The notes: generated by a model not told the origin, from the sequence alone. Positions 45,895 to 54,745 are shown, counted from the stretch's first letter. The stretch is 64,000 nt of DNA from an uncultured virus (IMG/VR IMGVR_UViG_3300022939_000006) (IMGVR_UViG_3300022939_000006); one strand, 5' to 3'. Made by a program: numbers and translations.

Positions 45895-47643
45895 ATGAGT
45901 TGGAAAAAATATTTTACACCAGTGCCAACAGCTGATAACTTAGGGGGAAGTTTCAGTCCTTTAGGTGGCGGTAAAAGAGGCGGTGGTGCTACAGCAGGAC
46001 CAGCAAGGTCAAATTATAACAGTTATCTACCAGATGTATATGTAGGTAGTCCAAATCGTGTAGAGCGTTATGGACAATACAATACAATGGATTTAGATTC
46101 AGAAGTAAATGCCGCACTAGACATTTTAGCAGAATTTTGCTCCCAAAAAAATACACAAAACAAAACTCCATTCCTATTAGATTTTAAAAAGAAAGCAACT
46201 AATTCAGAAACTACTATTCTACAACAGTATCTTTTACAATGGTGTAAAGTACAAAATTTTGAAACACGTATGTTTAGAATTATGCGTAATGCATTTAAAT
46301 ATGGCGATCAATTTTTTATTAGAGATCCAGAAACAAAAAAATTATTTCATGTAGATCCAGCAAACGTTGTTAGGATTATTGTAAATGAAAGTGAAGGAAA
46401 AACACCTGAACAATATGTAATTAAAAATTTTAATTTAAACTTTGCTGACATGGTAGCAACAACTCCTCATCAAACTAACGGAAATGTTACTGGTGGAGGA
46501 GATGGTTACTTAACAGGCGGTGTCAGAGGAATGGTAGGACAAGCACCTACGCAAGCTGGTAGCAGATTTCAACAAGGTGAAAATGAAATAACTATAGATG
46601 CAAAACATGTAGTTCATTTAAGTTTGTCAGAAGGCTTAGACAACAATTTTCCATTTGGTAATTCACTATTAGAAACAATTTTTAAAGTATACAAACAAAA
46701 AGAATTATTAGAAGATGCGATTATTATCTATCGTGTCCAACGTGCACCAGAGCGCAGAGTATTCTACGTTGATGTGGGCAACATGCCTTCACACCTTGCT
46801 ATGCAGTTTGTGGAGCGTGTTAAAACGGAAATACACCAAAGACGTATCCCATCGTCGACAGGTGGCGGTACAAATGTCATAGACAGTTCATATAATCCAC
46901 TGTCAATCAATGAAGACTACTTCTTCCCACAAACTGCGGAAGGTAGAGGATCTAAAGTTGAAACACTTCCAGGCGGTACTAACCTAGGAGAAATTGATGA
47001 TCTTAGATACTTCACTAATAAACTTGTACGCGGGTTACGTATACCTAGCTCGTACTTACCAACTGGAGCGGATGATTCAGCTTCACAATATAATGATGGG
47101 CGTGTTGGTACTGCATACATTCAAGAACTTAGGTTTAACACATACTGTGAAAGACTTCAAGGACTTCTTGTAGAAGATTTAAATAACGAATTTAAAAGAT
47201 ATCTTTTAGAAAAGGGTGTAAACATTGATACAGCAATGTTTGACATTAGATTCCAACCGCCACAAAACTTTGCGGCTTATAGACAAAGTGAAATTGATAA
47301 TGCACGTATTCCAACATTTACTCAAATGAGTGCAATACCATACATATCTAATCGTTTTGCTATGAAACGTTTCTTAGGATTAAGTGAAGAAGAGCTTGCA
47401 GAGAATGAAAGACTATGGCGAGAGGAAAATGATGAAAACCTACAACCACTACCAACAGATGCGGCAGGTGAAATGCGCGGAGCAGGTATAAGCAGTGCAG
47501 GTATTGATGCTGACATGTCTGGAATGGATGCAGAAGTTCCAGGAGGTGATGCACCAGTTGATGGAGGAACAGGAGAAGGCCCAGAAACCGCTACAGGAGA
47601 TGCAGGCGCACCAGCAGAAGGAAATACTGACGTAACAGTATAA
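45895..47643 (+). CDS. gp20: Portal protein (gp20-like)
   Basis: LEDA.IIYR..RAPERRVFYVDVGNMP...A.Q; EDYFFP....GRGS.VETLPGG.NLGEIDD..YF..KL..GL.IP.S. Confidence 0.95.
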   Translation: MSWKKYFTPVPTADNLGGSFSPLGGGKRGGGATAGPARSNYNSYLPDVYVGSPNRVERYGQYNTMDLDSEVNAALDILAEFCSQKNTQNKTPFLLDFKKKATNSETTILQQYLLQWCKVQNFETRMFRIMRNAFKYGDQFFIRDPETKKLFHVDPANVVRIIVNESEGKTPEQYVIKNFNLNFADMVATTPHQTNGNVTGGGDGYLTGGVRGMVGQAPTQAGSRFQQGENEITIDAKHVVHLSLSEGLDNNFPFGNSLLETIFKVYKQKELLEDAIIIYRVQRAPERRVFYVDVGNMPSHLAMQFVERVKTEIHQRRIPSSTGGGTNVIDSSYNPLSINEDYFFPQTAEGRGSKVETLPGGTNLGEIDDLRYFTNKLVRGLRIPSSYLPTGADDSASQYNDGRVGTAYIQELRFNTYCERLQGLLVEDLNNEFKRYLLEKGVNIDTAMFDIRFQPPQNFAAYRQSEIDNARIPTFTQMSAIPYISNRFAMKRFLGLSEEELAENERLWREENDENLQPLPTDAAGEMRGAGISSAGIDADMSGMDAEVPGGDAPVDGGTGEGPETATGDAGAPAEGNTDVTV

Positions 47644-47646
47644 ATA
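47639..47646 (+). promoter_or_regulatory. Late promoter TATAAATA, probably leaderless
   Basis: TATAAATA-CATT-ATG. Confidence 0.7.
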
Positions 47647-47650
47647 CATT

Positions 47651-47899
47651 ATGATCCTAAGAGAACTATTTTATTTTGACCGTGAAACTATTGAGCCAGT
47701 TGAGGATAAGCAATATGATCCTCAATATGATCACTCACCGGTTGACTTTGATAGCACACGTAAAACTCGATTAACACTTAGTCAGATTAACCGTGCAAGA
47801 CTAGCATCTGAAATTCATACAGAAGAACAAGAAAAGGAATTACATTTTGTTAGACAAATGTATGGATTAGCGGCAAACGCGGAGGCTGGCGGAGCGTGA
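47651..47899 (+). CDS. Hypothetical protein in the head module
   Basis: 82-aa ORF between portal and core genes, directly after a late promoter. Confidence 0.65.
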   Translation: MILRELFYFDRETIEPVEDKQYDPQYDHSPVDFDSTRKTRLTLSQINRARLASEIHTEEQEKELHFVRQMYGLAANAEAGGA

Positions 47900-47902
47900 T
47901 AA

Positions 47903-48493
47903 TTGAGTATAGCATTTGTATTAGGTAACGGTACTTCCCGGGACGGGATTCCATTAGAATCACTTAAAAAGTTTGGAACAATTTATGCCTGCAATGCAGT
48001 CTATAGAGACTTTGATCCTGACTATCTTGTAGCAGTTGATACAAAAATGGTGAACGAAATTGTGCACCGTAACTACCAATACAAAAGACCTGTATGGACA
48101 AATTATAACAAAACCTTTGAAAAGTACAAAGGATTAAATTATTTTACTCCGAGTAAAGGATGGAGTAGCGGCCCTACAGCATTAGATCTTGCAAGCTCAC
48201 ACAATCACAACACAATTTATATACTTGGTTTTGACTTTAGAGGTATAGGGCCTGAACATAAACGTGTTAATAACTTGTATAGCGGTACTCAAAATTACAA
48301 AGGTAGTCACGATACTGCAACATATTATGGTAATTGGTTGCGCCAAACTACATTAATAATGCAACAAAATGACAAAAAGAGATATATAAGAGTGATACTA
48401 GAAAAAGGATTTATACCAGAACCTTTAGATAAATTTAGTAACGTAACTCATGTAAATAAGGAAGATTTTTGTAAATCTTTCAATATTTTATAA
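47903..48493 (+). CDS. DUF115/MAF_flag10-like (sialyltransferase-like Rossmann fold) protein
   Basis: FVLGNG.SR, IYACNA.YR, PDYLVAVD, SSG.TAL, IYILGFD; TTG start with GGAG upstream. Confidence 0.6.
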   Translation: MSIAFVLGNGTSRDGIPLESLKKFGTIYACNAVYRDFDPDYLVAVDTKMVNEIVHRNYQYKRPVWTNYNKTFEKYKGLNYFTPSKGWSSGPTALDLASSHNHNTIYILGFDFRGIGPEHKRVNNLYSGTQNYKGSHDTATYYGNWLRQTTLIMQQNDKKRYIRVILEKGFIPEPLDKFSNVTHVNKEDFCKSFNIL

Positions 48494-48549
48494 AATTTGT
48501 CAAAAACTGTCTGTTTTTGGCGTATTTTCCAGTATAATATTATAATATA

Positions 48550-48557
48550 ACTAAATA
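48550..48557 (+). promoter_or_regulatory. Late promoter (ACTAAATA) for the head operon
   Basis: TAAATA core upstream of AGGAG and the ATG at 48610. Confidence 0.6.
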
Positions 48558-48609
48558 ATATTGACAGCCTTACCATAGGTAAACTAAACTATTAACACAG
48601 GAGAAAATA

Positions 48610-49626
48610 ATGGCAGACCTAACTAAATTCGAGGAAATGCTCGAAAAACTAGTTAACGAGGATCGTGCTGGTGCTGAAGAGTTATTCCACGATATCGTTG
48701 TAGAAAAATCAAGAGAAATTTATGAAAACCTACTAGAAAATGATCTAGAGGAAGAAGACAAAGAAGTTGACGAAGCGTCTAAAGATGACGAAGTTGATGA
48801 AGCATCTGATGAAGAAGTAGATGAAGCTTCAAAAGACGAAGAAGTTGACGAATCTAAAGATGAAGAAGTTGACGAGTCAGATGACGAAGAAGTTGAAGAG
48901 TCAGACGACGAAGAAACAAAAGAAGGTTTTGATTTAGATCAAGAAGTTGTAACACCAGAAGCAGATCCAATGGACGCAGGTGATGATTTTGAAAAAGACA
49001 TCGAAATGGACATGGACGACGAAGGCGAAGACGGTGATGCAGACCATGAAGAAGAAATGGACGATCTAAAAGACAGAATGATGGATCTAGAAAAAGAACT
49101 AGATGCATTAAAAGCCGAGTATGAAGGCGACAACGATGGCGGCGACGATGAAGAAGGCGGCGACATGGATATGGATGCTGGAGACGAAGGCGATGACGAT
49201 GCTGAAGAAGGCATCGATATGCTTGGCATGGAAGCAACTGACGAAGAAGTTGATGAAGCAAACGACGAAGAAGTTGACGAATCAACTGCTCCAAAATCAA
49301 ATGCTGAACTAATGCGTGAATACGTGAATAAAATGTCAAATGAACCTAAAAAAGGTGACAATGGCGATAACACAAAATCACCAGTAGCTGGCAAAAACGA
49401 TATGGGCGGAACAACTGCAAATATCGTAAAAGGTGGAGACGCTGATACAGGTGGTACATCAGGTGGCTTAGAAGGTAACTCTGCAAAAGAGGACAATATG
49501 GGCAACATTAACGTACCAGGTGGAAAAGCGGCTAAAGCAAACAAAACTATGCCAAAAGGCCATGGCGCTGAGAAAAAAGGCGCAGGCGAAACAGCTGACA
49601 ATAAAAAGTCAACAATTGGCTCTTAA
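48610..49626 (+). CDS. Highly acidic prohead core/scaffold-type protein
   Basis: Extremely D/E-rich with repeated EEVDE(A/S); directly upstream of the prohead protease. Confidence 0.65.
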   Translation: MADLTKFEEMLEKLVNEDRAGAEELFHDIVVEKSREIYENLLENDLEEEDKEVDEASKDDEVDEASDEEVDEASKDEEVDESKDEEVDESDDEEVEESDDEETKEGFDLDQEVVTPEADPMDAGDDFEKDIEMDMDDEGEDGDADHEEEMDDLKDRMMDLEKELDALKAEYEGDNDGGDDEEGGDMDMDAGDEGDDDAEEGIDMLGMEATDEEVDEANDEEVDESTAPKSNAELMREYVNKMSNEPKKGDNGDNTKSPVAGKNDMGGTTANIVKGGDADTGGTSGGLEGNSAKEDNMGNINVPGGKAAKANKTMPKGHGAEKKGAGETADNKKSTIGS

Positions 49627-49651
49627 TTGTTAGTATATTAGGAAAGTAAAG

Positions 49652-50278
49652 ATGAATTTACTGAGCGAGAATTTGACATTTGACCAAGCGAAGATGGTCG
49701 TTGAATCTGCCGATAACCAAAACGGTGGCAAAGACCTTTATATGAAAGGTATTTGTATCCAAGGTGGTGTACGAAACGCAAATGAGCGTGTGTATCCTGT
49801 GGAGGAAATTGGTAGGGCTGTCAAAACTCTCAATGATCAAATCAGCACTGGTTACTCAGTTCTCGGTGAAGTTGATCATCCTGAAGGCCTAAACATTAAC
49901 CTTGATAGAGTTTCACATATGATTACTAGTATGTGGATGGAAGAAAACAATGGTTATGGGAAACTAAAAATTTTACCAACCCCGATGGGACAACTAGTTA
50001 AAACAATGCTTGAAAGCGGCGTTAAACTAGGCGTTTCATCGAGAGGTAGTGGTGAAGTCGACGGCGGCGGAAACGTTGCCGGATTCGAAATAATTACGGT
50101 AGACGTTGTGGCACAACCAAGTGCTCCTGGAGCATATCCTACGCCAATCTACGAACACCTAATGAACGCCCGTGGAGGGTACAAGGCATACGAACTTGCA
50201 AAGGCAACAAAAAATGATGAAAAGGCACAAAAGTATCTAAAGGAATCGTTGATTAATATAATCAACAAACTCCAATAG
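49652..50278 (+). CDS. gp21: Prohead protease (gp21-like)
   Basis: GI.IQ..VRNAN.RVYP, GE.DHP, INLDRVSH, TPMG, GV.LGVSSRG.G, D.VA.PSAP.A. Confidence 0.95.
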   Translation: MNLLSENLTFDQAKMVVESADNQNGGKDLYMKGICIQGGVRNANERVYPVEEIGRAVKTLNDQISTGYSVLGEVDHPEGLNINLDRVSHMITSMWMEENNGYGKLKILPTPMGQLVKTMLESGVKLGVSSRGSGEVDGGGNVAGFEIITVDVVAQPSAPGAYPTPIYEHLMNARGGYKAYELAKATKNDEKAQKYLKESLINIINKLQ

Positions 50279-50292
50279 CTTAGGAGAAAAGT

Positions 50293-51387
50293 ATGATAGA
50301 TGCACTGAAAACACTCTTTGAAAACGATGTTGTTTCGGAAGAAGTCAGAGCACAAATAGAAGAAGCGTGGGAAGCAAAAATTCGTGAAAATAAACAAGCT
50401 GTTACAGCTGAACTTCGCGAAGAGTTCGCTTCGAAATACGAACACGACAAGCAAACAATGGTGGAAGCTATTGATAAAATGCTTGAAGAGCGTCTTTCGG
50501 ACGAGATTGCTGAATTTGCTGAGGATCGCAAATCACTTGCTGAAGCAAAAGCTAAGTATGCCGTTAAAATGCGTGAAAACGCAGATGTAATGAAAGCATT
50601 TGTTTTTGATCAATTAGGCAAGGAAGTTTCTGAACTACACGAAGACCAAAAGAAAATGGCAATTAATTTTGCTAAACTTGAAGAATTTGTAGTAGAGGCT
50701 CTATCTAAGGAAATCGCAGAGTTTTACGAAGATAAGAAAGACCTAGCTGAGACGAAAGTTAGACTAATTCGTGAAGCTAAGGAACACTTCAATAAAGTGA
50801 AAACATCCTTTATTGAAAAGGGTGCAAAATTGGTATCTGAAACAGTTGGAAAAACTCTTAACAAAGAGATTTCTGCACTTAAAGAAGATATCGAAACTGC
50901 ACGTAAAAATGACTTCGGTCGCAAGCTGTTTGAAAGTTTTGCATCCGAGTATGCTAATAGCTACTTGAATGAAAAATCAGAGACAGCTAAACTTCTAAAA
51001 GTTGTAGATGTTAAAGATCTACAGGTTAAAGAAGCGAACGAAGCCGCAGAGAAAGCAACTGCTCTTGTAAAAGAGAGAGAAGCAGAAATACAACGTATTA
51101 ATGAAGCGGCTACGAGAGAAAAAACGATTAACGGATTGATTGAGCCATTAAGCAAAGATCAACGGGAAATCATGACAGACTTACTGGAGAGCGTTCAAAC
51201 AGCTAAATTAAATTCAGCTTTTGACAAGTATCTACCGGCAGTTATTGACGGAAAGAGTCCAGCGAAGCAGAAGGCAAAACTAAATGAGGCTAAAGAAATT
51301 ACAGGCAATAGAGAAACTAACGTCAGTAGTAAGGCAGACGGTGACGATAATGTAATATCGATCAAACGTCTAGCTGGATTAAATTAA
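50293..51387 (+). CDS. gp22: Prohead scaffolding protein (gp22-like)
   Basis: Coiled-coil, E/K-rich ORF between protease and capsid genes. Confidence 0.8.
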   Translation: MIDALKTLFENDVVSEEVRAQIEEAWEAKIRENKQAVTAELREEFASKYEHDKQTMVEAIDKMLEERLSDEIAEFAEDRKSLAEAKAKYAVKMRENADVMKAFVFDQLGKEVSELHEDQKKMAINFAKLEEFVVEALSKEIAEFYEDKKDLAETKVRLIREAKEHFNKVKTSFIEKGAKLVSETVGKTLNKEISALKEDIETARKNDFGRKLFESFASEYANSYLNEKSETAKLLKVVDVKDLQVKEANEAAEKATALVKEREAEIQRINEAATREKTINGLIEPLSKDQREIMTDLLESVQTAKLNSAFDKYLPAVIDGKSPAKQKAKLNEAKEITGNRETNVSSKADGDDNVISIKRLAGLN

Positions 51388-51397
51388 GGAGATAATT

Positions 51398-52573
51398 ATG
51401 TCAGAACTACTAGAAAGTCGCTGGCACGAGACCAAAGATGCGCTTATGGAAGGCTTAACAGGCAACAAGAAGTCTGTTATGTCAGCTACCTTAGAAAATA
51501 CTCGTAAGTATTTGGCTGAGACAGCTACAGCAGGTGCAACTAGTGCCGGTAATGTCGCAACTCTTAACAGAGTTATTTTACCAGTTATCAGACGTGTAAT
51601 GCCAACAGTTATCGCAAACGAACTAGTTGGTGTACAGCCGATGACAGGTCCAGTGGGTCAAATCCACACATTGAGAGTACGCTACGCTGATACAGCTGGC
51701 ACAGGCGCAAGCGGTGCAGTAACAGGCGAAGAAGCACTTTCACCATTCAAGATCGCTGAAGCATATTCAGGTGACACAACCAACGCTACGGCGGCGGCTA
51801 CTGCGGCACTTGAAGGTTCAGCAGGTAACAGACTAAGCATCCAGATCTTAAAGCAAACAGTCGAAGCAAAAACCAGAAAGCTATCAGCTCGCTGGACTTT
51901 TGAAGCGGCTCAAGATGCACAAGCACAACACGGTATCGATGTTGAAGCTGAGATCATGGCGGCTTTAGCACAAGAAATTACTGCTGAAATCGATCAAGAA
52001 GTTTTAGCTTCATTACGTACACTATCAGGTAATGCAGTACAAACTTACGATCAAGCGGCAGTATCAGGTACAGCAACATTTGTTGGTGATGAACATGCGG
52101 CACTTGCAGTTCAAATCAACAGAGCGGCTAACTTGATTGCACAGCGTACACGTAGAGGTGCAGGTAACTATGCAGTGGTATCACCATTTGCATTAACAAT
52201 CCTACAATCTGCTACAACTTCAGCGTTCGCAAGAACAACTGAAGGTACTTTTGAAGCACCAACAAACACTAAGTTTGTAGGTACTTTAAACAATGCAATG
52301 CGTGTGTACGTTGATACATATGCAGGTGACGGTACAGCAGTACTAGTTGGTTACAAAGGTTCTTCAGAATCTGATGCACCAGCGTTCTACTGCCCATACA
52401 TCCCACTAATGTCAAGTGGTGTTGTGATGGATCCAGGTACATTCGAACCAGTTGTGAGCTTCATGACTCGTTACGGATATATCGAGCTATCAAACACAGC
52501 TTCATCTTTGGGTAATGCGGCTGATTACCTAGCAAACGTTGCAATCACAAACGCAAACGTAAGCTTCAGCTAA
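51398..52573 (+). CDS. gp23: Major capsid protein (gp23-like)
   Basis: RRVMP..IA.ELVGVQPMTGP.GQI..LR..Y, K..VEAKTRKL.A.WT.E.AQD, FYCPYIPL, F.P...FMTRYG. Confidence 0.96.
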   Translation: MSELLESRWHETKDALMEGLTGNKKSVMSATLENTRKYLAETATAGATSAGNVATLNRVILPVIRRVMPTVIANELVGVQPMTGPVGQIHTLRVRYADTAGTGASGAVTGEEALSPFKIAEAYSGDTTNATAAATAALEGSAGNRLSIQILKQTVEAKTRKLSARWTFEAAQDAQAQHGIDVEAEIMAALAQEITAEIDQEVLASLRTLSGNAVQTYDQAAVSGTATFVGDEHAALAVQINRAANLIAQRTRRGAGNYAVVSPFALTILQSATTSAFARTTEGTFEAPTNTKFVGTLNNAMRVYVDTYAGDGTAVLVGYKGSSESDAPAFYCPYIPLMSSGVVMDPGTFEPVVSFMTRYGYIELSNTASSLGNAADYLANVAITNANVSFS

Positions 52574-52592
52574 TATTTTTTAGCACAAATTC

Positions 52593-52623
52593 AAAATAGG
52601 GCCTTTGTAGGCCCTATTTTTTT
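52593..52623 (+). terminator. Intrinsic (potentially bidirectional) terminator after the capsid gene
   Basis: AAAATAGGGCCT-TTGT-AGGCCCTATTTT-TTT. Confidence 0.9.
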
Positions 52624-52637
52624 GGCTACATTTTCTA

Positions 52638-52666
52638 TTGACATTTTAGCATTATTATAATATTAT
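52638..52666 (+). promoter_or_regulatory. Sigma70-type promoter for the GH5 gene
   Basis: TTGACA-N17-TATTAT, followed by AAGGAGG. Confidence 0.7.
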
Positions 52667-52687
52667 TAGTAATATAAGGAGGCTCTA

Positions 52688-53854
52688 ATGTTTAGACAAA
52701 TTATGCACGTATTACTTGTAGTATTAGGAATACAACTAGCTACATCAAATTCAGCAACAGCAAATGTTGAATATCCATCAAAAGCATTTGAAGGTACAAG
52801 TATTGTAACGAGGCTGTTATGGCACGGATACAAATATGACGATCCAAGACAGGGCGTTAAAGAATTAATTGCAAACTTAAAACAGCTAGATGTTAAACGT
52901 GTAGTTGTACCTATTTGTATTGATCATATTGCAGAAAAGGGAAATTGTAGTAATCCTTATGCATATGCAAATGATGATGTACGCTTTAATGTTATACAAC
53001 AACTTGTGAGTGCAGGTTACCATGTAACAATTAGATTTCAACCAGAACGAGGCAAAAAAGCTAACGGTTCTTTTGTAACTTTTGTTGAAGACGGTATTCG
53101 TAATGACAAATATATTAGACAAAATTACTTTGATCTTTTACACAAGTATGCATTGCAATACTCAAACTTTTCAAAAGATGAGCTAAGTTTTAATATTCTT
53201 AACGAACCGCATTTTAGAAAAGTTGATAGACTGTATTTGCGTGAATATACTAAAATTGCTAGACAGGCAGTAGAAATTATTCGCAAACAAAGTCCTGATA
53301 GAATTATTATTGTACAATCTATTGCAAAAAGTGCTTTTGCACATGCTCCTCTAAAAAATAAAATTTTAGGATTTGGACCTAATAAATTAGTAAAAGTATT
53401 ACCATATGACAATATTATTTACGGATTTAACTTTTTCGAACCAAATGCATTTACTGAACAAAGAAATGGTGCTAGATCAGGTCTTTCGTGGAACAGCAAA
53501 TGGAACAAACAAATAGAACGTGATGCAAAAACACTAGCAAAATGGTCAAACAAAAAAGGTGTACCTGTGATTATTACAGAAACTGGTGCAGTTACATATT
53601 TTGATGGTAAAACATCAGGACCTAGTACAATCAAAGAACGTGCTATGTTTGGTGAACAAATGTACAACAACTTTGTTGACAAATACGGTATAGGTTTAAC
53701 TTGGTGGGCAATGGAAAAAGACAAATCATTATTTGTATATTGCAGAGCTGTATCATTTAACAGCTGGTATCCACAAATTAGAGCATGGGATATTGATCTA
53801 CTTAAGAGCTTACACTTGTTGTCAAATAAGACAGAAATTAAAACTTGTAGCTAA
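52688..53854 (+). CDS. Exported glycoside hydrolase family 5 (cellulase-like TIM barrel)
   Basis: Signal peptide-like N terminus (..VLLVVLGIQLA..ATA); acid/base motif FNILNEP; nucleophile motif VIITETG; late G..WW. Confidence 0.75.
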   Translation: MFRQIMHVLLVVLGIQLATSNSATANVEYPSKAFEGTSIVTRLLWHGYKYDDPRQGVKELIANLKQLDVKRVVVPICIDHIAEKGNCSNPYAYANDDVRFNVIQQLVSAGYHVTIRFQPERGKKANGSFVTFVEDGIRNDKYIRQNYFDLLHKYALQYSNFSKDELSFNILNEPHFRKVDRLYLREYTKIARQAVEIIRKQSPDRIIIVQSIAKSAFAHAPLKNKILGFGPNKLVKVLPYDNIIYGFNFFEPNAFTEQRNGARSGLSWNSKWNKQIERDAKTLAKWSNKKGVPVIITETGAVTYFDGKTSGPSTIKERAMFGEQMYNNFVDKYGIGLTWWAMEKDKSLFVYCRAVSFNSWYPQIRAWDIDLLKSLHLLSNKTEIKTCS

Positions 53855-53865
53855 ATAGTCTTCAT

Positions 53866-54240
53866 ATGTTGAAGCATAAACATTTGGTGGTAAGAGCAGA
53901 AGTTGATAATCCAATAATCAACAAAGCAAAAGCCACCAAATTTTTACGATCTTTAATCAAAAAAATTAATATGAAACCTTTGTATGGTCCAACTGCAAGC
54001 TATTGCAAAATGGAGGGTAACAAAGGAATAACTGCTTTTGCAATTATCGAAACAAGTCATATTGCAATGCACATATGGGACGAATCACAACCTGCACTAG
54101 TACAACTAGATGTATACAGTTGTTCAGACTTTGACCCAAAAACTGTATTTGAACATTTAGAGTCAATGAAACCAGTAGTAATTGACTATAAATTTTTAGA
54201 TAGAGAAAAACAATTCATTGAAATATTAAATAATAAATAA
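53866..54240 (+). CDS. speD: Pyruvoyl-dependent S-adenosylmethionine decarboxylase-like proenzyme
   Basis: HL.. N terminus, GITA..IIETSHIAMHIW.E, QLDVYSC..F; preceded by CTAAATA (53851-57). Confidence 0.85.
   Translation: MLKHKHLVVRAEVDNPIINKAKATKFLRSLIKKINMKPLYGPTASYCKMEGNKGITAFAIIETSHIAMHIWDESQPALVQLDVYSCSDFDPKTVFEHLESMKPVVIDYKFLDREKQFIEILNNK
54232..54239 (+). promoter_or_regulatory. Late promoter (AATAAATA) directly before the riboswitch
   Basis: TAAATA ends 6 nt before the aptamer 5' end. Confidence 0.6.
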
Positions 54241-54245
54241 TTATA

Positions 54246-54314
54246 CGTTCAGCCTACGGGCCGGAAGTAGCATTAAGCGAAGGAACGCACCTAAACTTTA
54301 ACAAAGGGAGGGTG
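54246..54314 (+). promoter_or_regulatory. glnA-type glutamine riboswitch with RBS-sequestering stem
   Basis: P1 CGUUC/GAACG; P2 GCC-UACG-GGC; GGAAGUA..GAA E-loop; P3 GC-AUUAA-GC. Downstream CACCU pairs with GGGUG across the GGAGGG RBS. Confidence 0.8.
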
Positions 54315-54316
54315 AT

Positions 54317-54472
54317 ATGAACTTTAAATGGGATTTAAAGAAACCCTTAGCAGATCTTAAACGTAAAATAAGCACAAGTGCAGTATTACGTAAACGCTCA
54401 AAAGACAGCATTGCAAGACCTAAGGCCGAAAAAAACATACTATCTAAAGACTCTAGAATGCAAAAAATTTAA
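54317..54472 (+). CDS. 51-aa basic peptide under riboswitch control
   Basis: Below the ORF-track cutoff; strong RBS GGAGGG; MNFKWDLKKPLADLKRKISTSAVLRKRSKDSIARPKAEKNILSKDSRMQKI. Confidence 0.75.
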   Translation: MNFKWDLKKPLADLKRKISTSAVLRKRSKDSIARPKAEKNILSKDSRMQKI

Positions 54473-54491
54473 TTTTTTGGTAAAAAAGAGG

Positions 54492-54520
54492 TTGACATTT
54501 AGATAATAGTTTGCTATATT
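54492..54520 (+). promoter_or_regulatory. Strong sigma70-type promoter for the ncRNA
   Basis: TTGACA-N17-TATATT with extended -10 TG and an A-rich UP-like tract. Confidence 0.8.
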
Positions 54521-54526
54521 AGTAAC

Positions 54527-54745
54527 ATAAGCAACAAGAGAGTAATTAACTTTTGTTTTTTAGTGCATCGAAGAGGCTCTTACCAGAGGGTCGAAGATGG
54601 CTAGTTAGGGGTGGTACCCAGGCATGGTTGCAGAAATGCGTTGTGTCACATCGCTCTACCGAGCGGAACTAGGCGCCCGGGATTCAGACAGGTATCTGCG
54701 TCGAAGGGTTGTAGGTGAAACCGAGTCCTACCTAAAATTGCTTAT
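54527..54745 (+). ncRNA. Unassigned ~220-nt structured ncRNA
   Basis: Own promoter and terminator; 5'/3' closing helix ATAAGCAA/TTGCTTAT; multiple hairpins; no RBS-led ORF. Confidence 0.8.

Noticed and set aside
48760..49285. CRISPR or TIGR-like repeat array
   Set aside because: The repeats are degenerate, in-frame and encode an acidic protein motif; there are no unique spacers of regular length and no associated effector gene.
48854..49601. Long antisense ORFs (161 and 220 aa), and similarly 41163-41861 and 44197-45126
   Set aside because: Shadow ORFs caused by codon bias and low complexity of the real sense genes; no RBS or promoter, and S/P/L-rich composition.
54705..54735. tRNA gene suggested by the T-arm-like GTAGG..CGAGTCCTAC
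   Set aside because: No acceptor stem, D arm or anticodon arm at tRNA spacing; the loop has an insertion; no CCA.
54527..54745. tmRNA, RNase P, 6S or SRP RNA
   Set aside because: Lacks tmRNA tRNA-like ends and tag ORF, the RNase P GAGGAAAGUCC motif, the 6S long rod with central bubble, and the SRP conserved loop.
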